64,000 nt of DNA from Eledone cirrhosa. Lineage: Eukaryota. The notes beneath the pieces were generated by a model. The model did not search any database. It saw nothing but the letters and a program-made list of their open reading frames with translations, and had not been told where the DNA came from. The stretch is from NCBI GenBank assembly GCA_964016885.1, contig OZ024741.1, positions 54,870,001-54,934,000 of the forward strand, written 5' to 3'. Below, piece by piece: positions 27,029 to 41,679 of the stretch (its first letter is position 1; every line of letters starts with the position of its first letter). The position numbers were made by a program, and so were the translations under genes.

Positions 27029-30000
27029 CGTAAAATAAGAAAATATTTTTTAAAAAATTTTTAAAAAATTTTTACTTACTTAAATTCTCACTCCAACTAA
27101 TTAGTTTCTGCAATGGGATAAAGACAGTTACATAATCCAACTGTCGAGAATTCATTGCGTCATCAGGGAGTCTATTCTCAGCTGAGCCTCCAGGCAATGC
27201 GCGGACACTAGCGGCTCATATAAAAAATAATAATTCGGTAGAAAGAACAGCTAGGCGAGGACTGGATTCTATGTACTGAAATTCTCACTGCTTCCAGTCA
27301 AATGTCCGATTCTAAAGAATCAATCACGTTACATAGAGGCTAGTTAGAAGGAATGGGATGGTAAGATGACTGACGCCTACTAACACCCCAAAAAAAATTT
27401 TGAAGTGGTTTTGGCAGGTTTGCTCGACAAATCAGTGATTTGGAGATAAATATAGATAATTTAATATATCAACTAACATAGGCGCACAGATGCATGTCCA
27501 TGCCAGCAAATACACAGGTTATGTCATAGTACCTAGGTGGTTCAATGCAGGAGGGTGCAGAACAATAATATAAAAGACGTAAAATAAGAAAATATTTTTT
27601 AAAAAATTTTAAAAAAATTTTTTACTTACTTACTTAAATTTTCACTCCAACTAATTAGTTTCTGCAATGGGATAAAGACAGTTACATAATCCAACTGTCG
27701 AGAATTCATTGCGTCATCAGGGAGTCTATTCTCAGCTGAGCCTCCAGGCAATGCGCGGACACTAGCGGCTCATATAAAAATAATAATTCGGTAGAAAGAA
27801 CAGCTAGGCGAGGACTGGATTCTATGTACTGAAATTCTCACTGCTTCCAGTCAAATGTCCGATTCTAAAGAATCAATCACGTGACATAGAGGCTAGTTAG
27901 AAGGAATGGGATGGTAAGATGACTGACGCCTACTAACACCCAAAAAAAATTTTTGAAGTGGTTTTGGCAGGTTTGCTCGACAAATCAGTGATTTGGAGAT
28001 AAATATAGATAATTTAATATATCAACTAACATAGGCGCACAGATGCACGTCCATGCCAGCAAATACACAGGTTATGTCATAGTACCTAGGTGGTTCAATG
28101 CAGGAGGGTGCAGAACAATAATATAAAAGACGTAAAATAAGAAAATATTTTTTAAAAAATTTTAAAAAAATTTTTTACTTACTTACTTAAATTTTCACTC
28201 CAACTAATTAGTTTCTGTAATGGGATAAAGACAGTTACATAATCCAACTGTCGAGAATTCATTGCGTCATCAGGGAGTCTATTCTCAGCTGAGCCTCCAG
28301 GCAATGCGCGGACACTAGCGGCACATATAAAAATAATAATTCGGTAGAAAGAACAGCTAGGCGAGGACTGGATTCTATGTACTGAAATTCTCACTGCTTC
28401 CAGTCAAATGTCCGATTCTAAAGAATCAATCACGTGACATAGAGGCTAGTTAGAAGGAATGGGATGGTAAGATGACTGACGCCTACTAACACCCCAAAAA
28501 AAAATTTTGAAGTGGTTTTGGCAGGTTTGCTCGACAAATCAGTGATTTGGAGATAAATATAGATAATTTAATATATCAACTAACATAGGCGCACAGATGC
28601 ACGTCCATGCCAGCAAATACACAGGTTATGTCATAGTACCTAGGTGGTTCAATGCAGGAGGGTGCAGAACAATAATATAAAAGACGTAAAATAAGAAAAT
28701 ATTTTTTTAAAAATTTTTAAAAAATTTTTTACTTACTTACTTAAATTTTCACTCCAACTAATTAGTTTCTGCAATGGGATAAAGACAGTTACATAATCCA
28801 ACTGTCGAGAATTCATTGCGTCATCAGGGAGTCTATTCTCAGCTGAGCCTCCAGGCAATGCGCGGACACTAGCGGCACATATAAAAATAATAATTCGGTA
28901 GAAAGAACAGCTAGGCGAGGACTGGATTCTATGTACTGAAATTCTCACTGCTTCCAGTCAAATGTCCGATTCTAAAGAATCAATCACGTGACATAGAGGC
29001 TAGTTAGAAGGAATGGGATGGTAAGATGACTGACGCCTACTAACACCCCAAAAAAAAATTTTGATGTGGTTTTGGCAGGTTTGCTCGACAAATCAGTGAT
29101 TTGGAGATAAATATAGATAATTTAATATATCAACTAACATAGGCGCACAGATGCACGTCCATGCCAGCAAATACACAGGTTATGTCATAGTACCTAGGTG
29201 GTTCAATGCAGGAGGGTGCAGAACAATAATATAAAAGACGTAAAATAAGAAAATATTTTTTAAAAAATTTTTAAAAATTTTTTTACTTACTTACTTAAAT
29301 TTTCACTCCAACTAATTAGTTTCTGCAATGGGATAAAGACAGTTACATAATCCAACTGTCGAGAATTCATTGCGTCATCAGGGAGTCTATTCTCAGCTGA
29401 GCCTCCAGGCAATGCGCGGACACTAGTGGCTCATATAAAAATAATAATTCGGTAGAAAGAACAGCTAGGCGAGGACTGGATTCTATGTACTGAAATTCTC
29501 ACTGCTTCCAGTCAAATGTCCGATTCTAAAGAATCAATCACGTGACATAGAGGCTAGTTAGAAGGAATGGGATGGTAAGATGACTGACGCCTACTAACAC
29601 CCCAAAAAAAATTTTGAAGTGGTTTTGGCAGGTTTGCTCGACAAATCAGTGATTTGGAGATAAATATAGATAATTTAATATATCAACTAACATAGGCGCA
29701 CAGATGCACGTCCATGCCAGCAAATACACAGGTTATGTCATAGTACCTAGGTGGTTCAATGCAGGAGGGTGCAGAACAATAATATAAAAGACGTAAAATA
29801 AGAAAATATTTTTTTTTAAATTTTAAAAAAATTTTTTACTTACTTATTTTTTAAAAAATATTTTCTTATTTTACGTCTTTTATATTATTGTTCTGCACCC
29901 TCCTGCATTGAACCACCTAGGTACTATGACATAACCTGTGTATATGCTGGCATGGACGTGCATCTGTGCGCCTATGTTAGTTGATATATTAAATTATCTA

Positions 30001-30555
30001 TATTTATCTCCAAATCACTGATTTGTCGAGCAAACCTGCCAAAACCACTTCAAAATTTTTTTTTGGGGTGTTAGTAGGCGTCAGTCATCTTACCATCCCA
30101 TTCCTTCTAACTAGCCTCTATGTCACGTGATTGATTCTTTAGAATCGGACATTTGACTGGAAGCAGTGAGAATTTCAGTACATAGAATCCAGTCCTCGCC
30201 TAGCTGTTCTTTCTACCGAATTATTATTTTTATATGAGCCGCTAGTGTCCGCGCATTGCCTGGAGGCTCAGCTGAGAATAGACTCCCTGATGACGCAATG
30301 AATTCTCGACAGTTGGATTATGTAACTGTCTTTATCCCATTGCAGAAACTAATTAGTTGGAGTGAAAATTTAAGTAAGTAAGTAAAAATTCTTTTTAAAA
30401 TTTTTTTAAAAATATTTTCTTATTTTACCTCTTTTATATTATTGTTCTGCACCCTCCTGCATTGAACCACCTAGGTACTATGACATAACCTGTGTATTTG
30501 CTGGCATGGACGTGCATCTGTGCGCCTATGTTAGTTGATATATTAAATTATCTAT
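27021..30555. repeat. 553-bp HHR-containing tandem array (5 units plus partial) followed by ~1.3 inverted units; retrozyme/pseudo-LTR-like
   Basis: The anchor ataaaagacgtaaaataag occurs at 27021, 27570, 28123, 28677, 29231 and 29784. Orientation flips at about 29846. TA tracts flank the array. Confidence 0.92.
30282..30363 (+). ncRNA. Type I HHR motif of the 553-bp unit
   Basis: actcc CTGATGA c gcaatg...gacagtt-ggattatgt-aactgtc...cattgc a GAAAC taatta GTT ggagt. There are five minus-strand copies, the first at 27090-27171. Confidence 0.85.
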
Positions 30556-30642
30556 ATATATATATATATATATATAGGAACCAGTAAGACCCCGACAGCT
30601 GAGCTCAAGCCGTTTCGACGGCTAATTCTGGCTAAAAGCTAA

Positions 30643-30690
<48 letters not shown>

Positions 30691-30851
30691 GGGGTGCGCC
30701 AAGCAGCCGAGGCGTAGAATATAGCTATATCTGTATATATATATAAAGCCGAGACTGCACTAATGTGGGTATGAATATTCACATATGTTTATATATACAC
30801 ATGTAACACGTCAGAGATACGAATTTTCCTGTAAATTGGAAAAAATAATAA

Positions 30852-30900
30852 ACACATTTAATCAATTTTCGGACCTAGTTGAGTCTTCTTCAGAAGGTGT
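30852..30900 (-). ncRNA. HHR motif (partly degenerate)
   Basis: Reverse complement reads acacctt CTGAAGA a gact-caact-aggtcc GAAA attgat TA aatgtgt. Confidence 0.55.
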
Positions 30901-31854
30901 GTATATCATCTAAATAACCACAAGTATATATGTTTTTTATGGAAGTATAATGATTAAAAAATATGTAAATTTATCAGTAATATTGATCTTTGAGAATTGC
31001 TAGTGGGTTTTCTTGTTGATTATTTGTATATAAAATTTCATGTAAGAAAGTTACACCAACAATATTTCAATCTTAAATTGATTCCACAATCAGCTTAAAA
31101 AAATCAATTCATCAGAGGTATAATGAATTAAAATCTTGAGTAAATAAATCCGACGTATTGCACGAATGCAGATTCACCGAGCACTTAAATAATACCGGAT
31201 AGAAAATCAAGATAAAGTAATTTATTTTAAAATCATTCATCCAATTTTCGACATGGTTAGCTCCCTTATATAAAGAATGGAATTAGAAATGTTGGAATCC
31301 AAACACAGAGATCGCTATAAATATCAATACGTTTAGAAAATCGTATAAAATCCCCATACAGACAGAAAAAGTGGCCAGCCTCAGATATAGCGAATCAAAC
31401 TCCATGTCTCCCGAATTACGCCGATTGCGTTACTATTATGCCAAACACCAGCTGAGAACAGTTTCTGTCTAAATTAAAAGCTAAATATAATAGCTTTGCG
31501 GCTAGAGCCAGAGGTAATATGATTTATCGAAGCTCTTGGATGATTTGAAATGGAATCCAAACGTAAAAATCACTATAAACAATAATAGGTTTAGACCATC
31601 GGGTAAGAGTTCTTTAGTGTTAGGGATCTTTAGGGACAGAAAAAAAGGGGACGGCAGTCACTGCAGAGAATCGAACACCGTGTCTCTGTAATGAAATCTG
31701 GCCACTATATTTTCTGTCGCTAAAAGTATTTTAGCTGATATCTAAAGATATTATTGTTTATAGTAATATCTGCATTTGGATTCTAACATTTCAAATATCA
31801 AATCATGCAAGCGCCTCGATAAATCATAATGATATTTTTCACTAATTAATTAAT

Positions 31855-32071
31855 GATTTCTACTATAGGCACAAGGCCAGCAATTTTGGGGGGAAAGGAA
31901 AGTCGATTAAATCGATCCGAGTGAGTGACTGATACTTTATTTTATCGACCCTGTAAGGATGAAAAGCAAAGCTAGACTCGGCGGGATTTGAACTCAAAAC
32001 GTAAAGGGCCGTAATTCTATACCCGCAAAGCATTGAATCCGATTCTCTACCGATATTGCCAATCCACCGCC
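31855..32071 (-). mobile_element. tRNA-derived SINE, near full length
   Basis: Same head, core and tail as 9983-10170 and 48574-48790. Confidence 0.8.
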
Positions 32072-32489
32072 TAATTAATACCTAGGTGAAATTGAAACTG
32101 AATCTGAATGATCATACCATAGGATTTCTTCTTTATTTTCAATCCGTTCAATACTCAACTTCCGTCTGTAGAACTATGGTAGCTTCTTAATTTATATCTA
32201 CAATAATATTTGATCATATTGTATTTTTTCTTCAGGAACATAGAAAGAATTAATTTTCTCAAATAGCGATTCTCATTAACTTTAGTTAAACATTAATTCC
32301 TCTAAAAACGTTTATCTGCATTGCCTTGTTGATTTCTACAATAACTGAGTGAGAGTGGGGCAAAACTTCAAACTATTTTAAATTTTAACAGAACTTTTAG
32401 CAGTTATTCATTTTAGTGTGTGGGTTGTAAAAATCGAAATATTCAAATCATTTGAACATCAGAATCTACAAGGAATTTATATATATATA

Positions 32490-32559
<70 letters not shown>

Positions 32560-32566
32560 TATATAT

Positions 32567-33167
32567 TGGTTGGAAAATCACTGACGAAGGACTATTTTTA
32601 TCATATGTAACCCATGTGCAACCACGCAGTATACTTCTTTCTTCTCATGTTTTTTATATATATATACCTCGGCTGCGTTTGTCTATTTCTCTCTTACTGC
32701 TTCCCCGTTCTCTCTGTTTCTCTCACCTTCTTTCGCCCCTCTGTCAGTTACACTTTCTCTCGACTGACCGCTTCCTCGCACTTCCACTCACTCACTCTCT
32801 GTTTCTCCCCTTCTCACTTCCTCCCGTTTGGCTTACAGTGGGTCTCTTCTTGCTTACATCTCACTCACGTCGGACGGTCTGTACCTTCGCTCATGAAATC
32901 CACCCAGATTAAGCTGACCGGACAACCATGTTGCTTGTTTTTTTTCCTGTCTTTGGTTTGCTTTTATCCTTCTATGTTGTTTACTTGTCCCCCTCGCTTT
33001 ACTGGTCCCAATAACTTTTTTTAGTTATTGCTCGCACCAACCTGAGGTATATGATTTTTAATGCGATGAAATACCAATGATGGTTGGAAAATCACTGACG
33101 AAGGACTATTTTTATCATATGTAACCCATGTGCAACCACGCAGTATACTTCTTTCTTCTCATGTTTT

Positions 33168-33170
<3 letters not shown>
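32567..33170. mobile_element. Second locus of the ~520-bp tandem family
   Basis: ggttggaaaatcactgacgaagg at about 32567 and 33082; highly similar to 2301-3085. Confidence 0.8.
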
Positions 33171-33261
<91 letters not shown>

Positions 33262-33474
33262 AGTATGTATACGTAACTACATATATGTAACAGACGTATA
33301 TGTATACAAAGGGGAAAAAAATGAAACGTAATTTCATTTCATTTTTTCCGTTTATCGTCTCCGGTGCGCCCGGCCGATTAACTCACTCGATATGCAAATT
33401 AGGCTGCTCAGCCGTTAATATACATAAGGAAAGTATACACTTTCAGACGTTCAATCATCTGGCAGGAAGGTATA

Positions 33475-33515
33475 CGTTGCTGACGATAGCTAATAAGCTT
33501 GAAACTAGTACAGCG
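33475..33515 (+). ncRNA. Minimal type I HHR motif (element 33260-33785)
   Basis: cgttg CTGACGA t agct-aata-agct t GAAAC ta GTA cagcg. Confidence 0.85.
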
Positions 33516-33780
33516 TTCCTTTGTCAGTGTTGAACAAATGAGCAACGAAGGTTGCTAGACACTGTACGGCTTAATTCGGGATGTTTGTTTACAAACACAC
33601 CGGTCATTATAATAAATGTTCGGTGAATCCATACGTACATATATATATGTGTGTATGTATGTATATATATATACATACTACTGTACGTCTGTATACATAT
33701 ATGTATGTACGTATACATACTTATATTTAAGTAACAGCCGTACTAAGAGTGAGAAATGAAATTTCGTTTCATTTTTTTCC

Positions 33781-33845
<65 letters not shown>

Positions 33846-33869
33846 ATATATAATATAAATAATATATAC

Positions 33870-36170
33870 TTAGGTTAGTAGGAGTTAGGTATTATATACC
33901 CGTGTCCCTTTAAGGTATTGGCAGCATAATAATTAGCTCTATGCTTTGGAGCAGAGCCGTATATATGAAAAAGAACACAAGAGCGTCTACAACATCAAAA
34001 GATTTTTATTGGCTAACAATGTTTCTTCCTTACGTGTAACCGTAGGATTCATCAGAGCGATAAAAGGGGTTTGACACATATCCACATGTATTTCAACTCA
34101 AAAAATTTCAGTTGATTCCCCCGTCGATATCATATCTGTGCTGTTTCAACTCAAAAAATTTCAGTGTGTAAGTGTATAATGTGTGTATGTATGTGTATAT
34201 GTATGTATACTCTTCTGTAGAAATTCTCTCTATGTGTGCTGTGTGGCATGAATTCCCCCTATAATACTCTTCTCTGAGAGGAGCACGATATGCAGAGTAA
34301 CACATATGTATTGTCGAAGTTGAAACTGAGAACCACCACCCCTCCTGCTGACCTGGATGTTTACTGAGGACCAGAACACCATTCTACGCAATATAAGAGC
34401 GAAATGCGCTTGCCAGACTATTGATGACCATAACATCACATTCCAATGTAGTGGCAAAATACAGTGAATGATATGCACGACCAGAACACTACAGCATGCA
34501 TATCCAAACAGCACAGATATGATATCAATGGGGGAATCAACTGAAATTTTTTGAGTTGAAACAGCACAGATATGATATCGAAGGGGGAATCAACTGAAAT
34601 TTTTTGAGTTGAAATACATGTGGATATGTGTCTGTGTGTATCGAACACACGAACACATAAGGAGGCTCTTGACCTAAATATACCTGTCATGCCTGTCTGA
34701 ATTCCTAAGGGAACTGTCGACCAGTTATTGTCTTGACCGATTGTAGTACCACTGGGTGAATCATTTGAGTTTTTTGGGTTGAAATACATATAGATATGTG
34801 TCTGTGTGTCGGACACACGTACACACATAAAAAAGCTGTTATGCCTGCCTGAATTTTCGGTCAGTTGATTGACCCCACAATTACTACGTAGCGGTTCTTG
34901 CACGTGACTACTGGACCCGGATGAAACGAAGACGAAGAATTTCCTTGCGTACCGTTTTGTACCACAGATGCGATCTCACCCTGCTTCGTTGATGTCCTAT
35001 CGACACCAAAGTTCAACGTTTGGGGGAATAGATTTGAATCCAACCACCAACAACATAGCTGGATGACCGATAATCACACCAAACCGGAGTACTGTGATCC
35101 TTGTGACTTCCAAATATACAACCACTGACACTGTCACGAAGACCAGGAAATCATACTCCATATATTGAACCAATTGATTGATTTGTGCGACCAAAATAAC
35201 ACCAAACACATATTGAACTAGGAATATTGGATCCTCGGTCAATGTCCGGGTGAGCAAAAATTGATTTCTATCTGCATTGGAATTTACAAACTTGTGCATC
35301 TGCTGTGGTGTCAAAAACAAACGCACACGACCGCACAGATGACCAATGGACCATGCCACGTGGCTTGAACCCGTAAGTGAATTGAAGGTTCTGCAACTCT
35401 GATACACATATTGTTTATTATTTATTATTAAGATGTATAAACTGGACATAACTGTTATCATCTTATACTCTCTCAACGAATCACACTTGATCATATTTCT
35501 CTATCCTGTTTTCTCCCCCCATAATTATTATATTTTTATTATTGTTTGAAAAAAATCGGTTTTTTTTACATTGTGTTTTCCCCTCCAAATATTCGCTTAT
35601 ATTTCCTTATATATTCTCTATATATTTTTTATCTTTATTATTATTTCCACTTTTATCCTCCTTTATATTTTACCTTATTCTTACCTTTATACCTTATTAT
35701 AGTGTAATCTTCCCTATGCCTTATTATACACTATTAATTATAGATTATTATTATTACTCTTTTTCCATTTCTAATTACCTCATGTACCTTCTCCTCCGCT
35801 ATATGTATATATGTATTCTACGCCCTTTGTGTTTGTGTAGCCTCGGCGCACCCTCTGCACCATACTATCGACGCCACCCCATCTATGGTTCAGCTAACCA
35901 CCCGACCCCCGGGAATGAATATGACCGCAGCTAGTAAACAAGGACCAACACCCCACCCTCCCGCACCAAAATTAGACTTATCGTCCCCTACTTTTGCTCT
36001 TTACTCTCTTTACTCTTTGTTCTTGGGTGTTTGGTTGGTAGAGTCCATAACACCAATCAAACCCCTTTTATAGATCTGATGAATCCTACGGTTACACGTA
36101 AGGAAGAAACATTGTTAGCCAATAAAAATCTTTTGATGTTGTAGACGCTCTTGTGTTCTTTTTCACATAA
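33870..36170. mobile_element. Insert bounded by HHR-containing inverted repeats (33966-34056 and 36075-36165)
   Basis: CTGATGA a tcctacg-gttaca-cgtaagga a GAAAC att GTT agc at 36076-36119 (+) and 34012-34058 (-). An internal inverted repeat lies at about 34075-34163/34541-34630. Confidence 0.7.
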
Positions 36171-36226
36171 ATAATATATATATATATATAATATATATAT
36201 ATATATAATATATATATATATAATAT

Positions 36227-36268
<42 letters not shown>

Positions 36269-36416
36269 ATATTATATATATATATATATATAATATATAT
36301 ATATATATTATGTATATATTATATATATATATATTATATATATATATATATTATTTATATATTATATATATATATATATGAAGAGAGAGAGAAAATTTGA
36401 TACGGAATGATTAGAA

Positions 36417-36504
36417 GTGTCCGAAGAAAATGCAGATCCAGAATCAGACAGATCCACACAATGATCGTGTCTCGAGCTGTCTGCCGGCGAAACAATCGTA
36501 ACAC
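36417..36504 (+). ncRNA. HHR motif (C4 variant, long stem II)
   Basis: gtgt CCGAAGA...gcaga...tctgc cggc GAAAC aatc GTA acac ac AATAAA, in a ~170-bp insert between TA tracts. Confidence 0.6.
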
Positions 36505-36557
36505 ACAATAAATTGAGTTCAGATGCATCACTGATCTTTCGTTTTATATTATATATA

Positions 36558-36630
<73 letters not shown>

Positions 36631-36709
36631 ATAATAATAATAATGAAGACTAAAATCCAAAGAGGGCTCGATAAGGATAAATATATATCAGATATATAAG
36701 AACCGTAAT

Positions 36710-36801
<92 letters not shown>

Positions 36802-36803
<2 letters not shown>

Positions 36804-36977
36804 GTTTAATATAGAAATGGCTTCTATAGGACGGAGATTGTTTCATTCAAAAGAAATCAAAAGAGGATTTCTTTTGAATGAAACAGTTCTAGCCCTGTAA
36901 AAGCCATTTCTATATTAAACATAATGTTTACAATCTACTCATGTATCGAGTGGTTACCCCCGATTGAACCGGGACTC

Positions 36978-36978
<1 letters not shown>
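36802..36978. repeat. Small fold-back insert (arms about 36802-36860 and 36866-36922) with tail
   Basis: atgtttaatatagaaatggctt...aagccatttctatattaaacat. Confidence 0.7.
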
Positions 36979-37045
<67 letters not shown>

Positions 37046-37506
37046 CAATAGTTTGATTAACATTTTTTCTAATTAAACTTTTTTCTTTGCAGATTCTGTC
37101 TTTTATGTTCCAAGCATAAAATCCGAAAACTACATTTTAAACAAAATGTAATATTAAAAATAAGTTTAAAAAGGTTAAAAAATAATTCTTATGGAACCTC
37201 ATTGTAGTCACTCGAGATACATTATACAAAAGAATTTTAATCAGCTAATTAATTAATAAGGCATAAATACAGTTTAGTGTCCTCCGCCTGCAAAGAAAAA
37301 TGTTTCCCTATTACTTTGTCCATTATTCTTTTTATGAAATTCTGCATGAATGTACTTTCGAAAGTGTAGCTTACGATTAAGTTGATGAAATATGAGCAAG
37401 GGACTCAAAACTGTATTTAATTACAATTGCGTGTAATAACTGAAAAAGGGAACAAAATGTTTTTAATTACTTCAGTTTGTGAACGTGTTTGCTATTTTTT
37501 TATCTA

Positions 37507-38612
37507 AGGGCGGTAGACTAGCAAAGTTGTCAGAGCGTCGGGTAATTGTTTAGTATAATATTTGTTTCGGTTTTTATGTTCTAAGTTTGAACCCTGTCGT
37601 GTTCAACTTTGCCTTTTATACTTCTAGAGTCGATAAAATAAAACACCAGTCACATACTGGAGACGATGTAATCGACCTTAACCCCATCTAAAATTGCTGG
37701 CTTTGTGCCTTAGTTAGAAAGCATTATATTCAATCTGCATTTGTAGTAAGCTAGAAACAAACTTCATAGATTGCCTTAGAGTTAAATTGCCTGTAGTTCT
37801 ACAGGTACATGGTAGTAGATATAAGAGAAACTGCAGCTAAATTTCATTGACGTCACACCTTGTCCTAATATGTGTAATATTTAATCTCAGATACACTTTT
37901 ATTTCTAACTTTTTTATTTCTAACACCGGAAATGAGAAAGAGAGTAACAAATGGAAACAGGAATCAGGAATCACAGTGAGAGATAATTTGATGGCTGTGT
38001 ATCCAATATATTGAAGGTTGAGTTGAAAATGAATAATAAAATTTAGATTTTAATGAAAATATATTATAAGTGGAATGTTTCAACTTTTACTTTGCATTTA
38101 AAACTAAACAAAAAACTTGTTTGTAATTCGAGTTGCAAGGATATATAGCTATATAGCTATATGTTTCTTTACTCCATTACTATTGGCATAGTCGTTAAAG
38201 CGGCCAACAAACTGTTTTCTGGCAATTCTTTCGGCACTTTACGTTCTGAGTTCAAATGCCGCCGATGTCAACTTTGACTTTCATATTTCTCATATCGATA
38301 AAATAAGTACCAGTCGAGTGCTAGGATCGATATAATCTAACCTTTTCTTCCACAACATCTTGTGCCTAAATCAGATAGTACAACGCCAACAATTTAGAGG
38401 GTGGAAAAGTCGATTGTATCGAACCCAGTACTTAACTGATACTTTATTTTATCGACCCCGGGAAGATGAAAGGCAAAGTTAATATCTCCGAGGTCAACTT
38501 CACCTTTCCTCTTTCTAAGGTCGATAACATAATATACCAGTCAAGTACTATGGTCGATATAATCGACTTTCTTTTCCCCATACATTGTTGGCCTTGTGGT
38601 TAAATTAGAATT
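37507..38612. mobile_element. Old SINE copies (37507-37720 +; 38235-38612 mixed orientation)
   Basis: SINE core caactttg.ctttcat...tcgataaaata.gtaccagtc. Confidence 0.7.
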
Positions 38613-38756
38613 AATTATTATTAGAATGTATGTTGTTGGTGTTTTTTCTTTTAGGTTGTCTCTGCTTTCTATGTGATTAGCTGTATCTGATGTATAATTG
38701 GGCTTGTATTTTTTATGTAGCTCTCTGAGATATCTTTATTGAATGTGTATATATAA

Positions 38757-39075
38757 CTTGGTGAGGTATATATATATATATGTCTTGGTGAGGTATATAT
38801 ATATATATATGTCTTGGTGAGGTATATATATATATGTCTTGGTGAGTTATATATATATATATCTTGGTAAGGTATATATATATATGTCTTGTTGAGGTAT
38901 ATATATATATATATGTGTCTTGGTGAGGTATATATATATGTCTTAGCGAGGTATATATATATGTCTTGTTGAGGTATATATATATATATATGTGTCTTGG
39001 TGAGGTATATATATATATGTCTTAGCGAGGTATATATATATGTATCGGTGAGGTATATATATATGTCTTGGTGAG

Positions 39076-39117
<42 letters not shown>

Positions 39118-39206
39118 GTCTTGGTGAGGTATATATATATATATATGTCTTGGTGAGGTACATATATATATGTATCGGTGAGGTATATATATATGTCTTG
39201 GTGAGG

Positions 39207-39245
<39 letters not shown>

Positions 39246-39262
39246 GTCTTGGTGAGGTATGT
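38757..39262. repeat. Minisatellite gtcttggtgagg(ta)n with variable TA length
   Basis: About 19 units by direct reading. Confidence 0.9.
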
Positions 39263-39629
39263 ATATGTGTTTTGGTGTGGATTGTTGAGGATGTAAATGT
39301 GGTTTAGTTGAGATATTATTCTAATATCACATTACTCATCTGTCGTGTTTAAACATGGGGACTTATTAATTATCATGATTTTGAAGATGTTAACCATTTC
39401 GTGACCATATTTCAAATGAAATATTCTATTTCAATTAAGTATTAAGGAATGTTGTGGTATTTATTAAAATTATTAATTATTTCATTACTAAGATAGAAAC
39501 TAAGATTTTTATATAAAATTGTGTTGGAAGATTTTAATTTAAACAGGAACCCTTTAAAATGAGTGAATGTGTTCATAAACCATAGGCAGGTTGATATTAA
39601 AGGGTTTAAAACGTTTTAGTTGATGTATG

Positions 39630-40668
39630 CAACAACAACAACAACAACAACAGTTATGATCACAAAAATACTAACAACAGTCACAGATATAATAGTAACT
39701 ATATCAACAGTAACAACCACAACAATAATAACCACAGCAGTAACAATATCAGCAGTGTCAACAATAGCGAGTACAACCAAAACAGTAACAAACTCAATAA
39801 CGACCACAAAAGCACAACAATATCTACAACAGTAACAACAACAGGAACAACAACAGAAATAGCAACAACGGGAACAACAACAACAGTAACAACAATAACA
39901 ATAATAAGAGTAGCAACAACAACAGGAACAACAGCAACAGTAACTAAACTACAATAACAACAACAGCAACACTAACAACTAACAACTACCATAACAACAA
40001 CAGCAACACTAACAACTAACAACTACAATAACAACAACAGCAACACTAACAACTAACAACTACAGTAACAACAACAGCAACACTAACAACTAACAACTAC
40101 AGTAACAACAACAGCAACACTAACAACTACAGTAACAACAACACTAACAACCACAGTAACAACAACAACAACACTAACAACTAACAGCTACAGTAACAAC
40201 AACAACAACAAGAACACTAACAACAACAACAACACTAACAACAACAACAACACTAACAACAACAACACCACTAACAACTACAGTAACAACAACACTAACA
40301 ACTACAGTAACAACAACAACACTAACAACTACAGTAACAACAACAACACTAACAACAACACTAACAACTAACAACTGCAGTAACAACAACAACACTAACA
40401 ACCACAGTAACAACAACAACACTAACAACAACAACAACAACACTAACAACTAACAACTACAGTAACAACAACACTAACAACTAACAACTACAGTAACAAC
40501 AACACTAACAACTAACAACTACAGTAACAACAACACTAACAATTAACAACTACAGTAACAACACTAACAACTACAGTAACAACAACACTAACAACTAACA
40601 ACTACAGTAACAACAACACTAACAACTAACAACTACAGTAACAACAACAACAACACTAACAACAAACA
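39630..40668. repeat. (AAC)n-derived minisatellite (aacaacactaacaactaacaactacagt)
   Basis: Direct reading. Confidence 0.9.
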
Positions 40669-41019
40669 GCTAATATGTTTTTTACTTTATTTTTTATGTT
40701 TAGTTTGTTCAGTTTTAATGTATTCCCAATTTAAATTGAAAAAATAATTTCGCGAAAAAGTATAACAAAACTAATTAAAATGTAATTATGAAAGGAAAAC
40801 TAAATTATCAATTGATAAATATTTTATAAACACCAAAATAAACAACAGTAAGATGCATGAATATAAATATAAGGAACAGTCACGTGGGTGCTTTGGGAGT
40901 TGATGCTCGTGTATGTGTGTGTGTAAGTGTGAGTGTGTGTGTGTGTATGTGTGCCAGTGTATATAGGATGCTGTTTCTATTAGTATATATGTATATATAT
41001 GTGTGTGTATAATTATATG

Positions 41020-41064
<45 letters not shown>

Positions 41065-41100
41065 GTAGAAGTAATAGCAAAAAGCATATATATTTATGTG

Positions 41101-41131
<31 letters not shown>

Positions 41132-41271
41132 TGGGGGGAGCGGTAATAACAACAATCATATATATGATGTCTGTATATAATTATATGTGTATGTGTGTAT
41201 ATATATATATATATATATTTATGTATAGACATACACATATATGCATTTATATATATATATATGTGTGTGTG

Positions 41272-41304
<33 letters not shown>

Positions 41305-41679
41305 GCGCGCGTGTGTGTTTATGAAAGGTGTTGTTTGTTAACGTGCTTGACGAAGGCTGATTTGTGTATGTTTGTGTGCTTCACTGGTGATGATTACATC
41401 TACCTTTAAAGAGCAGGTAGGTATCTTATACGTTTGTGTGACGTAACAGCTTATGTAAGCCTGTCTCTGAGAGCAGGTGCTTGTGTGAGTGTCGGCATGA
41501 CTGTGTGTGTGTTTGTAAGTATGTTTGTGCGTGTGTCTGTGAGAGCTATGACACACGTAAATAAAGAAAATTGCTCCCTTTGTGTGTGGTGTATGTGATG
41601 TGCATGTGATATGTATGTGACGTAATGAAGCTTGCTCCGCTCTCTGTGTGCGTGTAACGTATGTTATATATATATATAA

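Noticed and set aside
28179-28948. Identical 71-aa ORFs in the 553-bp repeat
   Set aside because: They are open in only two units, have no ATG start and overlap the ribozyme.
31370-31455. tRNA-like A/B boxes on the minus strand
   Set aside because: No cloverleaf could be built; at most a decayed SINE head.
34997-35494. 165-aa minus-strand ORF
   Set aside because: No recognisable motif; it lies within a repeat-bounded insert.
38757-39262. CRISPR-like pattern of constant repeat plus variable spacer
   Set aside because: The spacers are only (TA)n of varying length, the context is eukaryotic and there are no cas genes.
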